Shown here one piece after another: positions 38,007-47,182 of a stretch of 64,000 nucleotides of DNA (positions are counted from its first letter, which is position 1; each line of letters begins with the position of its first letter). Both the position numbers and the translations under genes were made by a program. A model generated the notes under the pieces. That model searched no databases and had not been told where the DNA came from. It saw nothing but the letters and a program-made list of their open reading frames with translations. The stretch lies in the IMG/VR virus record IMGVR_UViG_3300014720_000016, one strand, 5' to 3'. This DNA comes from a virus.

Positions 38007-38283
38007 GCTGATAATCCCGCTTTCTTATAACGGTTAGTTGCGGCACTACGTCGCCTAGCCCGGCTGAATAACGATAGGAATAGAAGCCAGTGTCCTGGCT
38101 CCATGTATAGCGCTTGTCGCAAATACGCAGAGAAACATAGCTGTCATCCACTACGCTGTCTAGGAGTGCGACCTCTGCTTTTGCCTGAAGGGAGCAGCCG
38201 TGATGCCTAGCGATGGCAGCAGCCAGACCATCCCAGTCGCCGCGCTCGATCATAAATATAAGCTCGTAATCTATGAGCTTCAA
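37996..38283 (-). CDS. MKL family A protein (TTG start)
   Basis: KLIDYELIFMIERGDWDG...HHG; YTWSQDTGFY. Confidence 0.72.
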   Translation of the reverse strand: MKLIDYELIFMIERGDWDGLAAAIARHHGCSLQAKAEVALLDSVVDDSYVSLRICDKRYTWSQDTGFYSYRYSAGLGDVVPQLTVIRKRDYQHEN

Positions 38284-38284
38284 A

Positions 38285-38563
38285 TCAAATTCCTTTGCAG
38301 TAGACAATAGCCATCGGAGTAGGGTAGTTTACTGGGTACCGCTCGGAGATCACCTGCCCTCGCCTCCAGTAGTAGATATTGTATTGCCAGCGGATCTGCA
38401 CCTCTTCCATATCCCAGGCAGGCATTACTGACGTAGATATGCCATGAATGCTAATGGCTTCCTCAATACCCTCGAGTGGGAATAAGGATGCTAGCAGCCG
38501 AACAGCTGCTCCCCAGTCCTTTTCCCCAAGGGCAAACTTAATCGCAATGCTAGCTAGCTTCAT
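38285..38563 (-). CDS. MKL family A protein
   Basis: MKLASIAIKFALGEKDWGAAVRLLASLFP; YYW. Confidence 0.72.
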   Translation of the reverse strand: MKLASIAIKFALGEKDWGAAVRLLASLFPLEGIEEAISIHGISTSVMPAWDMEEVQIRWQYNIYYWRRGQVISERYPVNYPTPMAIVYCKGI

Positions 38564-38882
38564 TGGCCGCCCTGAACATATCTGCGATTTCTTCGCAGGC
38601 CGATGCCTGCTTCCATGGCAAGCCGGAGCTGCGAACAATAACATTTACAGCCGCAGTTATACTATCGTCGCTAATCTTAGTTAGACATGGCTCGAAGTAT
38701 CCAGACACGCTGCCGTGCACAGAGACTGCTACAGCATTGCCACGCTGCAAAAAGGCAAATCCATCATTGTGGGGCCAGAGTAGCAGGGCATGATCCCTGG
38801 TGCGCCCTGCCCAGAAAACCTCGGGCTCTCTGCCAAGCAGCTCACTTATATGCCGCTCAATCTCCCATTGTCGCAGCTTCAT
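38550..38882 (-). CDS. MKL-WEI subfamily protein
   Basis: MKLRQWEIERHI; aligns with 36326. Confidence 0.65.
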   Translation of the reverse strand: MKLRQWEIERHISELLGREPEVFWAGRTRDHALLLWPHNDGFAFLQRGNAVAVSVHGSVSGYFEPCLTKISDDSITAAVNVIVRSSGLPWKQASACEEIADMFRAANEAS

Positions 38883-38888
38883 AATGCC

Positions 38889-39152
38889 TCAACGATTGCA
38901 ATCAAATACAGTCACAAGTAGCTTGTAACGCGGCACTATGCTGCCGGAATAAAGACCAATTATTTTATCCCAGCCATACACCATGCATTCGGTTTCAATT
39001 ACTACTTCGGGATGATGATCGCGATCCAGCATAACCTCAAGGTCGTACCCATCAGGAAGGACAAGTCCATAATGATCCGCAAGGGCAGTCACGGCTAGCT
39101 CGTAGTCTGCCGCCATGAACGCTTCTGAGATAGCAACAGACGCCAGCTTCAT
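38889..39152 (-). CDS. MKL family A protein
   Basis: MKLASVAISEAFMAADY...DHYG; YGWDKIIGLY. Confidence 0.75.
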   Translation of the reverse strand: MKLASVAISEAFMAADYELAVTALADHYGLVLPDGYDLEVMLDRDHHPEVVIETECMVYGWDKIIGLYSGSIVPRYKLLVTVFDCNR

Positions 39153-39155
39153 ATC

Positions 39156-39654
39156 TCACCTGCCGGCCACAAAGAATGCCGGATCAAACTTGCCGTGGTG
39201 ATTACCCTCAAAGCGATCAAGGAAATGCTCAGTAATCTTGCTGGGGGCACCGATGAGTTCGACCATGTCCCTGTTTTTAAGGGTGCAGACCTCGCCCGCA
39301 TCATCCACATAATGCACGCGAGAAACACCAGCGTTCTTAAGGCAATGCTGGCAAAGCAAGCATGGCTTGCCGTTCTTATTCTGCCGGGACTCTGCACCCC
39401 CGGCATTGTTGAAGCGATAGATAAAAATCTTGCTGCCGCTTGCCTTGGGTCCGAGCTTGCGGAGCAGGTCCATCTCAGCGTGCATCGAGCAACGGAATAC
39501 TGATCTGTTCCGGGAGTAACGCAGCTTATTGACACCAAAGTCAACTGCTACGCCACCCTTTATTGCAAAGGCAACAATCTGATGCTGAAGCTCGTCGTCC
39601 CTAAACTGGGTAGCGATAGATTCAGCGAGGTACTACAAAATCAAGATAACGCAT
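39156..39654 (-). pseudogene. Zn-dependent cytidine/dCMP deaminase-like gene with a 5' frameshift
   Basis: HAE and PCLLC motifs; the coding frame extends about 50 codons upstream of the HAE to an in-frame TAG; ATG 39654 is out of frame by 1 nt. Confidence 0.65.
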
Positions 39655-39657
39655 TTA

Positions 39658-39999
39658 TCAGGCTCCTGTGGTTAGGGTTTGCTGCCGGAAAACTTCTAGA
39701 ACTGGACGATCACGCAGTTGAGCGCGAGGGTTAGTCTTTCCATCAGAGTAGTACCTCTGAGCGGATAGTGATGCTATAAAGCCCGTATCGCTGTGCCACT
39801 CAAACCTATAACCGTAGATCGGATATAGTAGCAGGGAGTCCGCTGCCCGCGCAAAGGGAATCTGGAGACTCGTCAGGCTGTAAACCTGAAGTTCATTCAG
39901 GCTTACCTCTACATTAAAGTGGCGAGCTATTATGCCCGCCGCAGTCATCCATTCCCCATCTTCAATAGCTACTAGCATCGCAGCGGTTTCTAGTTTCAT
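39658..39999 (-). CDS. MKL family A protein
   Basis: MKLETAAMLVAIEDGEW...RHFN; FEWHSDTGF. Confidence 0.75.
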   Translation of the reverse strand: MKLETAAMLVAIEDGEWMTAAGIIARHFNVEVSLNELQVYSLTSLQIPFARAADSLLLYPIYGYRFEWHSDTGFIASLSAQRYYSDGKTNPRAQLRDRPVLEVFRQQTLTTGA

Positions 40000-40019
40000 A
40001 GCGATGCTAGTAGCTTACA

Positions 40020-40442
40020 TCAAAGCGCCGTCACCGCCAGCTTTGTTGTAACGTGCCCGCGCTCCTTGATCGGAGGCAGGTTTGCCATCAGTACGCGGAT
40101 GCTTTCCTCGCACTCGGCAATCTCTGGGTAATTTTCCAGGAGAGTTTCCCGAGCGCTCTTGTCCATTGAAATGGCATCGTGCATACAGCTAAGCAGAACG
40201 GCGGTAGCCCGCTCCCGCTGGATGCCCATGCGCTGAATGAAAAGTGCCATGACCGCAAGATGGGGCAGGCGAGCAGTAGGAGCCTTCTCGGTATCCTCAC
40301 CCACCTTAACCTTGCCCTGAACCCGGACAGTAAAGTCTACTGCGTGTTCACCGGGCTGCACCTCGTCACGGGCACCGCCAGACTTAATAGATCCAAGAGC
40401 AACAATCTCAATCGGGGAAAGTTCGCTAATGCTTTGAGCCAT
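40020..40442 (-). CDS. Hypothetical protein
   Basis: GGAG RBS; first gene after motif copy 11. Confidence 0.7.
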   Translation of the reverse strand: MAQSISELSPIEIVALGSIKSGGARDEVQPGEHAVDFTVRVQGKVKVGEDTEKAPTARLPHLAVMALFIQRMGIQRERATAVLLSCMHDAISMDKSARETLLENYPEIAECEESIRVLMANLPPIKERGHVTTKLAVTAL

Positions 40443-40482
40443 ATTTACTCCGTGTGTGGTTTGTGCGCTGTGCCGCCGGTCG

Positions 40483-40514
40483 GGATCGGGCCGCGCCGGC
40501 TTTAGGCCCGGCCC
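40483..40514 (-). promoter_or_regulatory. 32-bp element, copy 11
   Basis: GGGCCGGGCC TAAA GCCGGCGCGG CCCGATCC. Confidence 0.75.
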
Positions 40515-40520
40515 GTACTG

Positions 40521-41636
40521 TCAGGTCATCTGGCGGATGTCGCGGTCATCTACCTGCTCCCATGCCACATTGCGTGGGTTCAGGTGGCGATTGAAATAGT
40601 CGAGAGCCGACTCGTAGGTGATCCGGTCGATATTCTTGAGGAAGGACACCTTCTCGTTCGAAGAGTTAAGGTGCTTGCGGAATCCCGAAGATGCCAGGTT
40701 CTGCTCGGCAATGCGGATTGCAATGCGGCGATTTGCCATCATCATGTCAAACCGCTCGCGGGTAAAATGCTTCTCCGGGTTAGAGAGCACATCCAGCGTA
40801 AGGCCCTTGATGCGATCCACGTTGCTGTCTTTGGTGGATGTCGATACAACCATGATGTGGTCGTCGTTCATCTTGTAGGCGCTAGCCGAAACCCAGTAAC
40901 AAAGACTGGCCTTCTCCCGTAGCTCCTGATACAGCGGACTCTTTAGACCATAACCAAGAGTAGCCTGGATAATCTGAAGATGATAAACCCCATCAAGCGG
41001 CAGGATGGGTGAGGCGCTCAGGACATTAATGCTGCTAGGTACAACAGGCGCATCGTGGTTGACGTGACGGAAGCCAGTATAGGTAGCGGCGCTCGTATCA
41101 GCAAACTCGGCCTGCACATCGAAGTCATCACGGTCAATGACAATAATCTTTGAAGGCTTTGCGAATGCGCGAGCGTGCAGCTCACAAATCTGCTCAAATG
41201 TTACAGACTCAATAGCAGCCCGGACGCCGATAGGACCCACATAGCCGAAGCGGACGCTGGAATAGTTGGCGAAGCTAGAGAAGCCGCTCTCGCTATAGGC
41301 GTCATCATACTCCTGGAGTACGATATTCTTTTCCTTGTTAAAGTGTTCGAGGGTCGGTCGATAGCTGAGGATGCGCTCTACAAACAGATCGCGGAACTTG
41401 GCCAGCTCACTGCTAAGCCCTGACAGGAAGAACACTACCTCGTCACCGCCGGTATAGGCATTGTAGGTTAGGCAATGCTCATCTAGCTTTTCTTCAACGT
41501 CATCCAGTGAGCAGCAAATCATGTGCTCGAGCAGGTGCGACATGCCTTTGAGATGCGGATCTTCGTTCTTGACCGGCGACTCGAAAGCAATATAGATCGC
41601 GCCCAGCTCGTTGTTGGACTTCTCGAAAATCTTCAT
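40521..41636 (-). CDS. Peptidase M16 (inverzincin) family protein
   Basis: GMSHLLEHM (HxxEH), NAYT, EKNIVLQE, SPLYQELREKASLCY. Confidence 0.9.
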   Translation of the reverse strand: MKIFEKSNNELGAIYIAFESPVKNEDPHLKGMSHLLEHMICCSLDDVEEKLDEHCLTYNAYTGGDEVVFFLSGLSSELAKFRDLFVERILSYRPTLEHFNKEKNIVLQEYDDAYSESGFSSFANYSSVRFGYVGPIGVRAAIESVTFEQICELHARAFAKPSKIIVIDRDDFDVQAEFADTSAATYTGFRHVNHDAPVVPSSINVLSASPILPLDGVYHLQIIQATLGYGLKSPLYQELREKASLCYWVSASAYKMNDDHIMVVSTSTKDSNVDRIKGLTLDVLSNPEKHFTRERFDMMMANRRIAIRIAEQNLASSGFRKHLNSSNEKVSFLKNIDRITYESALDYFNRHLNPRNVAWEQVDDRDIRQMT

Positions 41637-41649
41637 TTAGTTCCTTTTA

Positions 41650-41988
41650 TCAGGGGTTATAGGACAGGCGGGCGAAGCATCCACAGTGCCACACTCTTGC
41701 TTTATCTCGTACTGGTGCCAGCAGCGCGGCAACATTTATGTGCGCGCCGCATGTTATTGAAAACTGGTTAGGCTCACCTTCGTTGCCATATGCCGCAAGT
41801 CGCTCGGCGCTACGACCTGATACGTATTCGGCCAGGATTATGTAATTGCGTTGCCACACGATCTCTTCTATATCGCTGGAGGCTAGCTGGCCGGCAATGG
41901 CGTACCAGGCAGGCGGGAATGGTAGATCAATGGCAGTGTGCCATTCTGCCGGTGCGAGGACGGTAAAGATCTGGTCAGCTAGCTTCAT
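41650..41988 (-). CDS. Hypothetical protein, MKL-start
   Basis: MKLADQIF. Confidence 0.55.
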   Translation of the reverse strand: MKLADQIFTVLAPAEWHTAIDLPFPPAWYAIAGQLASSDIEEIVWQRNYIILAEYVSGRSAERLAAYGNEGEPNQFSITCGAHINVAALLAPVRDKARVWHCGCFARLSYNP

Positions 41989-41991
41989 CTA

Positions 41992-42285
41992 TTACCCATC
42001 TTCGCGAAAATAGCCCGCCCTCGCCAGAGCAGATATAACATCCTCGACTTCGTCATCAGGAAACTTTAAAAATATTCCTGGAGACATTATGTATAGCTCG
42101 TGAGTGTATTGCAGGCCTAGACTATACTGGCCGTAGACTTTATCCTTGGTATGCAGCTTCTTTGCGTAAAATAAGCTAGCAGTAGTCTCCAACCCGTCAC
42201 CAGTAACAATATAGGCGTGCTCGGTCCACGGTGAAACCCATGAGAGGCTCTTTAGCTTGTAGAAAACTATGCTGTCTAGCTTCAT
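41992..42285 (-). CDS. Hypothetical protein, MKL-start
   Basis: MKLDSIVF. Confidence 0.55.
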   Translation of the reverse strand: MKLDSIVFYKLKSLSWVSPWTEHAYIVTGDGLETTASLFYAKKLHTKDKVYGQYSLGLQYTHELYIMSPGIFLKFPDDEVEDVISALARAGYFREDG

Positions 42286-42326
42286 GCAACTACTCGCTAT
42301 CTGCTCTGGCGAACAAGCTCCTAACT

Positions 42327-42362
42327 AAAAAAGCAGCCCCGCTGCTGGTACAGCGGGGCTGC
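42327..42362 (-). terminator. Rho-independent terminator
   Basis: Perfect 12-bp stem GCAGCCCCGCTG/CAGCGGGGCTGC plus T6. Confidence 0.85.
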
Positions 42363-42368
42363 CGGGCG

Positions 42369-42611
42369 TCAGCTTGGTGCCGACGTAATCAGGTTGTAGT
42401 CTGCATCGAGCAGCACGTCGGTTGTGCGCTCGAAGTCTACAGCCTTCTCTGGAGGAACAAGGCCGCGCAGCGAATGTACCTCGGTAAAGATACGAACGGG
42501 AGCGCCGCGATAAATCAGGGTTTCCCCGGCGCCCATTTGTACGTGGTTAGAAGGACGGGCAGTCAGATCGCCACGAGCAAGCATTTCACGAATAATACCA
42601 TAGAGAGTCAT
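42369..42611 (-). CDS. Hypothetical protein, last gene of the MoxR-2 operon
   Basis: Between the vWA gene and the terminator. Confidence 0.55.
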   Translation of the reverse strand: MTLYGIIREMLARGDLTARPSNHVQMGAGETLIYRGAPVRIFTEVHSLRGLVPPEKAVDFERTTDVLLDADYNLITSAPS

Positions 42612-42615
42612 CTTA

Positions 42616-43782
42616 TCAGTCCTTCCACTTCACATTGACAACATCGCCGAACGGAGCCTTGAAACCATCGTTGTTGACCACGACCCACAGGGTGGTGATC
42701 GGACATACGGGTTCGCGGAACAAATAGCCGTCCGTAAAGCACACAACACCACGATAACCATCGGCAACAGCGAGATCAAAGCCGGGCTGCATGTCAGTGC
42801 CGCCACGACCGGGGAAAGCAAGTTGCGCCGAGGGGCGGAACTTCTTGATCTTGCCATGCACGTCGGCATCGCAAAACACAACGTCAATCTGCATGATGCG
42901 AGTCATGAGATTGAGCTGGCCGCCGACATGAGCGAGATACGAATCGCTCATCGAACCCGAGGTGTCAACAATCGCAAGAATCTTATTCTTGACGGTTGTC
43001 TTCTCACCCTGGAACGGGAAGCCGAACCGCTTGCTGAAGCGCTTCCAAGTAAGGCGGCGCTTAGGATCAGCGATGCGAGCCATCCACATGCGGGCCTTGG
43101 CGCGCCAGTCGATGTCATGCGATTCCACTGAAAGAATTTCTTCAATCATGGAATCGGCCATGCTACCGGCCTTGAGCGTGCGGCCACGGTCAGCGTTGCG
43201 ACCCATCAGGTAGCGGCGAGCCATTTCCTTGACGACTCGCGTGCCCGTTGTGTCATCTTCTTCGGACCAACCACTGTGGTCGTCCATGCCGTCACCGAAC
43301 TGATCAGCAACCTCCTGCTCGGAGAACTTTTGCTTCATAAGAGCATAGTACTCTTCCGAAGAAAGGCCGGCAGGGAAGTTGAAGCGCGGATCGGTGTGCG
43401 AGATACAGCCTTCCGGCAGATCCCAGTTGCCATGCTGTGGATCGGTGATCAGCTGATTGATCGCCATGTCCTTAGCAATGTTTTCTGTGCGGCGGCGATC
43501 TGGCTCCATAGTCAGTCGCGTCGTACAGTGCGAAAGCGCAACGTGCAGATACTCGTGCACGATAACGCCAATCTTCTCCCGGACAGAGAAGGAGTTCATC
43601 ATCTTGGGGTTCATAAGCAGCGTGGGCTTGCCATGCTTTACGAAAACACCCGCTGCGAACTTCATCTCCTCGTCTTCGATAATCGTAGACTGGTGGAAGA
43701 AGTAAGCGATGAATGGCTCCTGATCGGTCATCTCCACGATTTCGCCCGTGGAGAGGGACTTAAGATTCAAGAGAGAGGTCAT
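42616..43782 (-). CDS. HEXXH metallopeptidase-like + vWA protein (DUF2201-like), second copy
   Basis: VHEYLH, NIAKDMAIN, VDTSGSM, GRGGTDM, FTDGY. Confidence 0.87.
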   Translation of the reverse strand: MTSLLNLKSLSTGEIVEMTDQEPFIAYFFHQSTIIEDEEMKFAAGVFVKHGKPTLLMNPKMMNSFSVREKIGVIVHEYLHVALSHCTTRLTMEPDRRRTENIAKDMAINQLITDPQHGNWDLPEGCISHTDPRFNFPAGLSSEEYYALMKQKFSEQEVADQFGDGMDDHSGWSEEDDTTGTRVVKEMARRYLMGRNADRGRTLKAGSMADSMIEEILSVESHDIDWRAKARMWMARIADPKRRLTWKRFSKRFGFPFQGEKTTVKNKILAIVDTSGSMSDSYLAHVGGQLNLMTRIMQIDVVFCDADVHGKIKKFRPSAQLAFPGRGGTDMQPGFDLAVADGYRGVVCFTDGYLFREPVCPITTLWVVVNNDGFKAPFGDVVNVKWKD

Positions 43783-43862
43783 ACATATCCTTGGGCTTGG
43801 GTTTCAAAACGCCTGGTCCAACCAGGAACGGCGCCAAGAGCTGAGTCTTGGCGCCGATTGTA

Positions 43863-45029
43863 TCAGACACTCTTCTTCTTGCGACCACGCTTTGGCGCAT
43901 CGTCGCTGTCAGCCGAGTCGGCTGGCGCCTCGGTAGAGGCAGCGGCGGTGGTACCATCGGCGGCGGGCTTAGCGTAGATCTTAGCCTTCGCATCAAGCAG
44001 CGCCCGGACAGCAGCCTTCAGATCAGGGCTCTTGTTGATGATGTCACCGTGACGATCATCAAGTGCCTCGAAGAAGGCCGAGAAGGGCTCGTGACCCATG
44101 CGGCTGTAGAACAGGGCGGCGTTGATGCGCTGCTCGTCCTTGATGTCATCGCGGTTCATCACCTCCATGACATCGCGCAGAGCCTGGATAACCTGGGTAA
44201 GCTGGAAACCCTTGGGGCTCTTGAGCTTGCCGTTGAAGATATCCATGATGTCCAGCGGCTTGAAGTTATCACGAACCCAGCTGGAGAACGTGTTGGCTGC
44301 AACCTCGCCAACAAACGGCGCTGAGTAAACCATCAGGCGGTTGTCGCGGCCAGCAACCTCCGACAGCGAATCACGAGTATCCTCGCGGTTCATCAGGGTA
44401 CGACCGAGGAAGGTCCAGCTACGGCGGCTGGTGACAGCCTCGTTCGGAACACCACGCTTACCCTCGGGAATATCCAGAAGGTTCTTGTGCTGCGTGATGA
44501 ACTGCACAACGGCGGGGTGAACGCCATTGGCAGGGTCGCTGGCCCAGCTAACCCACTCGGAAGAAGTGGGAGTGAACTCGACAATCGCAAAACGATTGCA
44601 GAGAGCCTGGTCGAGCGTAGCAGTCTGGTACTTCAGACCGTTACCGGCAGCGAACACAATCGTGCTATCCGGCAGAGTACGACCGCCAGCACGACGGTCA
44701 AGGGTCAGCTGCATGGCGAGAGGCTGCATGTCCTCACGAGCACGGTCAATCTCGTCGAGGAAGAGAACAGCGTTCTCGAGATCGTACCACCAGGTCGGAG
44801 CAGCGTAGCGGGTAACGACGGTGCCGTCGGCGAGCTTATCGACGAAAGGCATACCGACAAGATCAGCGGGCTCAAGCTCCGACAGGCGGAGGTCAACGAC
44901 CCGCATGCCGCGCTTCTGAGCAATCATTCGCACCACGCTGGACTTACCGAGGCCAGCGTCACCAGTGAGCAGGCGAGCCTGCGTGGTGGGGAGGAGCGAA
45001 TCGAAATCAATGAGCTGCGAGATGTCCAT
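43863..45029 (-). CDS. MoxR-type AAA+ ATPase, second copy
   Basis: GDAGLGKS, DLVGMP, LFLDEIDR, AAGN, LDQALCNRF, SRRSW. Confidence 0.9.
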   Translation of the reverse strand: MDISQLIDFDSLLPTTQARLLTGDAGLGKSSVVRMIAQKRGMRVVDLRLSELEPADLVGMPFVDKLADGTVVTRYAAPTWWYDLENAVLFLDEIDRAREDMQPLAMQLTLDRRAGGRTLPDSTIVFAAGNGLKYQTATLDQALCNRFAIVEFTPTSSEWVSWASDPANGVHPAVVQFITQHKNLLDIPEGKRGVPNEAVTSRRSWTFLGRTLMNREDTRDSLSEVAGRDNRLMVYSAPFVGEVAANTFSSWVRDNFKPLDIMDIFNGKLKSPKGFQLTQVIQALRDVMEVMNRDDIKDEQRINAALFYSRMGHEPFSAFFEALDDRHGDIINKSPDLKAAVRALLDAKAKIYAKPAADGTTAAASTEAPADSADSDDAPKRGRKKKSV

Positions 45030-45213
45030 CTGACTATCCTTGTTTAGGGGTTAACGTGCGTCCTCTTGGACGGTCGGGTTTGGGAGGACTCTGTGCTACC
45101 GACACAACACAGAGCTGTTGAAAAGAACTGGGTACGACCCAGACTCCAAGAGCCAGCCACGCTGGTCTTTCCATACTGCCGTTCGAGCGGTCGGCTCGGC
45201 GGCTCGACCTTCA

Positions 45214-45245
45214 GGATCGGGCGGGGCCGGCTTTAGGCCCGACCC
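45214..45245 (-). promoter_or_regulatory. 32-bp element, copy 12
   Basis: GGGTCGGGCC TAAA GCCGGCCCCG CCCGATCC. Confidence 0.75.
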
Positions 45246-45252
45246 GCCCTGC

Positions 45253-45561
45253 CTATTGCCTAGCGAATTTCTTTATGCAAATTCTTTCTGATGGGTTGAC
45301 GGGGTAAAAGTCGTAATCCGAAAGATCGTACTCACCATAGCCACTTAGATCATTCCAGTACCAGCAGCAGGTCCCTATCCACACTTGAATCTCAATCTGA
45401 ACAAGCGCAACATTGCTTATTATACTGAAAGTAAAAATTGGAAACGCTGCAACATTGTGACTGGCAATCTCACCCGTAGAGTTGCGACGTATCAGATCGG
45501 CAGCAGCCGCGTAGTTGCTTGCAGCACAGGCCTCGGCTATTTCATAGTGTGACAGCTTCAT
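45253..45561 (-). CDS. MKL family A protein
   Basis: MKLSHYEIAEACAASNYAAAADLI; WYWNDLSGY. Confidence 0.7.
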   Translation of the reverse strand: MKLSHYEIAEACAASNYAAAADLIRRNSTGEIASHNVAAFPIFTFSIISNVALVQIEIQVWIGTCCWYWNDLSGYGEYDLSDYDFYPVNPSERICIKKFARQ

Positions 45562-45579
45562 GTCGCCTGGTCCTCGAGG

Positions 45580-45807
45580 CTAGACCTTTTTGATGTTGCG
45601 CTTCTGTAGGAACTCCTCTTCCTTCTTTGTGACATATCGGTGCTTGTTTCGCATCTCAAGCTCCCATGCTATCTGCATCACTACTTCCTTGAGATCATCA
45701 ATCTGTTTTTCAAGCTTTCGGATGGTTGCCTGGGTGGCATCACTACTATGTGACGTTGTCATATGCTCCTCAATAGACATGGCTTTAGCAAAATGGCTGC
45801 ATATCAT
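45580..45807 (-). CDS. Small coiled-coil protein
   Basis: IRKLEKQIDDLKE. Confidence 0.5.
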   Translation of the reverse strand: MICSHFAKAMSIEEHMTTSHSSDATQATIRKLEKQIDDLKEVVMQIAWELEMRNKHRYVTKKEEEFLQKRNIKKV

Positions 45808-46097
45808 TTGCCGATGCTATCGCAGTAGATTCTAATAGCTGGTGGCAGGATAGGCCTTCTAAGTACTACGCATCCCAAGTAACTCTCTGTAGATGACCAG
45901 ACAGCATACTGCCCATTCCAGCAAATAGAAATAGATTCTTCTTCGCCGGACACGTCAGATACAGAATAGTCTTTGCCGATTATCAGTTTGTCTGGGTCAT
46001 CAATGGGCAGACTGTAATGTTGAGCCAGATTAGCTATCGCAGCAGGCCAGTCTCTGTTGCGAAAAGCTTGCCTCATTAGATAGTCATCCAGCTTCAT
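45804..46097 (-). CDS. MKL family A protein
   Basis: MKLDDYLMRQAFRNRDWPAAIANLAQHYS. Confidence 0.75.
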   Translation of the reverse strand: MKLDDYLMRQAFRNRDWPAAIANLAQHYSLPIDDPDKLIIGKDYSVSDVSGEEESISICWNGQYAVWSSTESYLGCVVLRRPILPPAIRIYCDSIGK

Positions 46098-46377
46098 CGA
46101 ATAGAGCCAGGGCTTCTGCCAGCTGGGCATGGGCCCGCTGATGTGATCGAGCCAGCAGCCTTAGTCCTGCGTTCGGCCACGGAAATGCAGGGTCATCTAG
46201 ATAGCTAGGAAGAATGCCCAGGTCATAGAGGGTACTCCGCGCTGCTTTCAGCAGCGCAGCTACACGCGCGCTCTCTGCCTCCCACGCTCGCCGCGTAACG
46301 CAGCCGTGGCACTCGGGAGCAGCCCAATCATAATCGGCATCGCATGTTTCGCAGAACTTTGTAGACATGTAAGACAT
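46084..46377 (-). CDS. Hypothetical protein with CxxC pairs
   Basis: CETC, CHGC. Confidence 0.55.
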   Translation of the reverse strand: MSYMSTKFCETCDADYDWAAPECHGCVTRRAWEAESARVAALLKAARSTLYDLGILPSYLDDPAFPWPNAGLRLLARSHQRAHAQLAEALALFDEAG

Positions 46378-46559
46378 ACACTTACCTCAGTTGAGGGTGG
46401 CCGTCACTGTGCAATCCACAATAGGGGATTGCATGGATGTCAGTTCGATCTCGGCCTGCTCGCGGAAAGAATCTACCATGGCATCACGAATAGCCCGGAC
46501 CTCCTCAGGAGAAAGGCCATCATCAAGGCGGAAGTCAAGTACGACCGTTACATTCTTGC

Positions 46560-46856
46560 TCATTTGGAGATCTTCTTTCTTTTGCGGCCATACCGCATAG
46601 TTATAGTACCAGGATTACTGATCTTGAAAAAATCACCAACGTAGATAAAGCTATAAGCTGGAGACCAGGCAATGCACCCGCCACCTATTAACGCGATCAC
46701 GATTTCGGGATCATGCTTGTAATCGTGGGTGCCGTCAATATAGCGAAACTGACTAAGGTCTAGTTCTGTTCCGGTTTGACGTGCTACTATGGCAGCAGCA
46801 GCGAACGGATCGCCACTCCCAATTGCCATTAGGATCTCGGCCTCATCTAGCTTCAC
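46560..46856 (-). CDS. MKL family A protein (GTG start)
   Basis: KLDEAEILMAIGSGDPFAAAAIVARQTG; DPEIVI; IAW. Confidence 0.7.
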   Translation of the reverse strand: MKLDEAEILMAIGSGDPFAAAAIVARQTGTELDLSQFRYIDGTHDYKHDPEIVIALIGGGCIAWSPAYSFIYVGDFFKISNPGTITMRYGRKRKKISK

Positions 46857-47062
46857 TATACCCACCATGCCCAATGGACGACCATGAAATCCTCAAGTGC
46901 TTCTTCGTCGCTGCCGTACTGGAAGTTCGGGCGGGCGAGGAGTGAGGATGCCACAGCGGCACGCTGCCGCGCAATGGCTTCGGCAACGGTCAGAGTAACC
47001 GTAACCGGCTCGCCATCTTCGCCCATCTCGTTGTACGTCAGCATATCGGACAGCGGCCTCAT
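46856..47062 (-). CDS. Hypothetical protein
   Basis: Resembles the N-terminal half of 52941..53372. Confidence 0.6.
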   Translation of the reverse strand: MRPLSDMLTYNEMGEDGEPVTVTLTVAEAIARQRAAVASSLLARPNFQYGSDEEALEDFMVVHWAWWV

Positions 47063-47150
47063 TGCTTACCTCTGTTGCTTGTTACCACTATGCGCTATAG
47101 CCTTTCTCAGCATGGCGTTTGACCCGTTGCGGCGGGCCGGTCGCCCCTCG

Positions 47151-47182
47151 GGATCGGGCGGGGCCGGCTTTAGGCCCGCCCC
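47151..47182 (-). promoter_or_regulatory. 32-bp element, copy 13
   Basis: GGGGCGGGCC TAAA GCCGGCCCCG CCCGATCC, divergent from the GT island. Confidence 0.75.
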
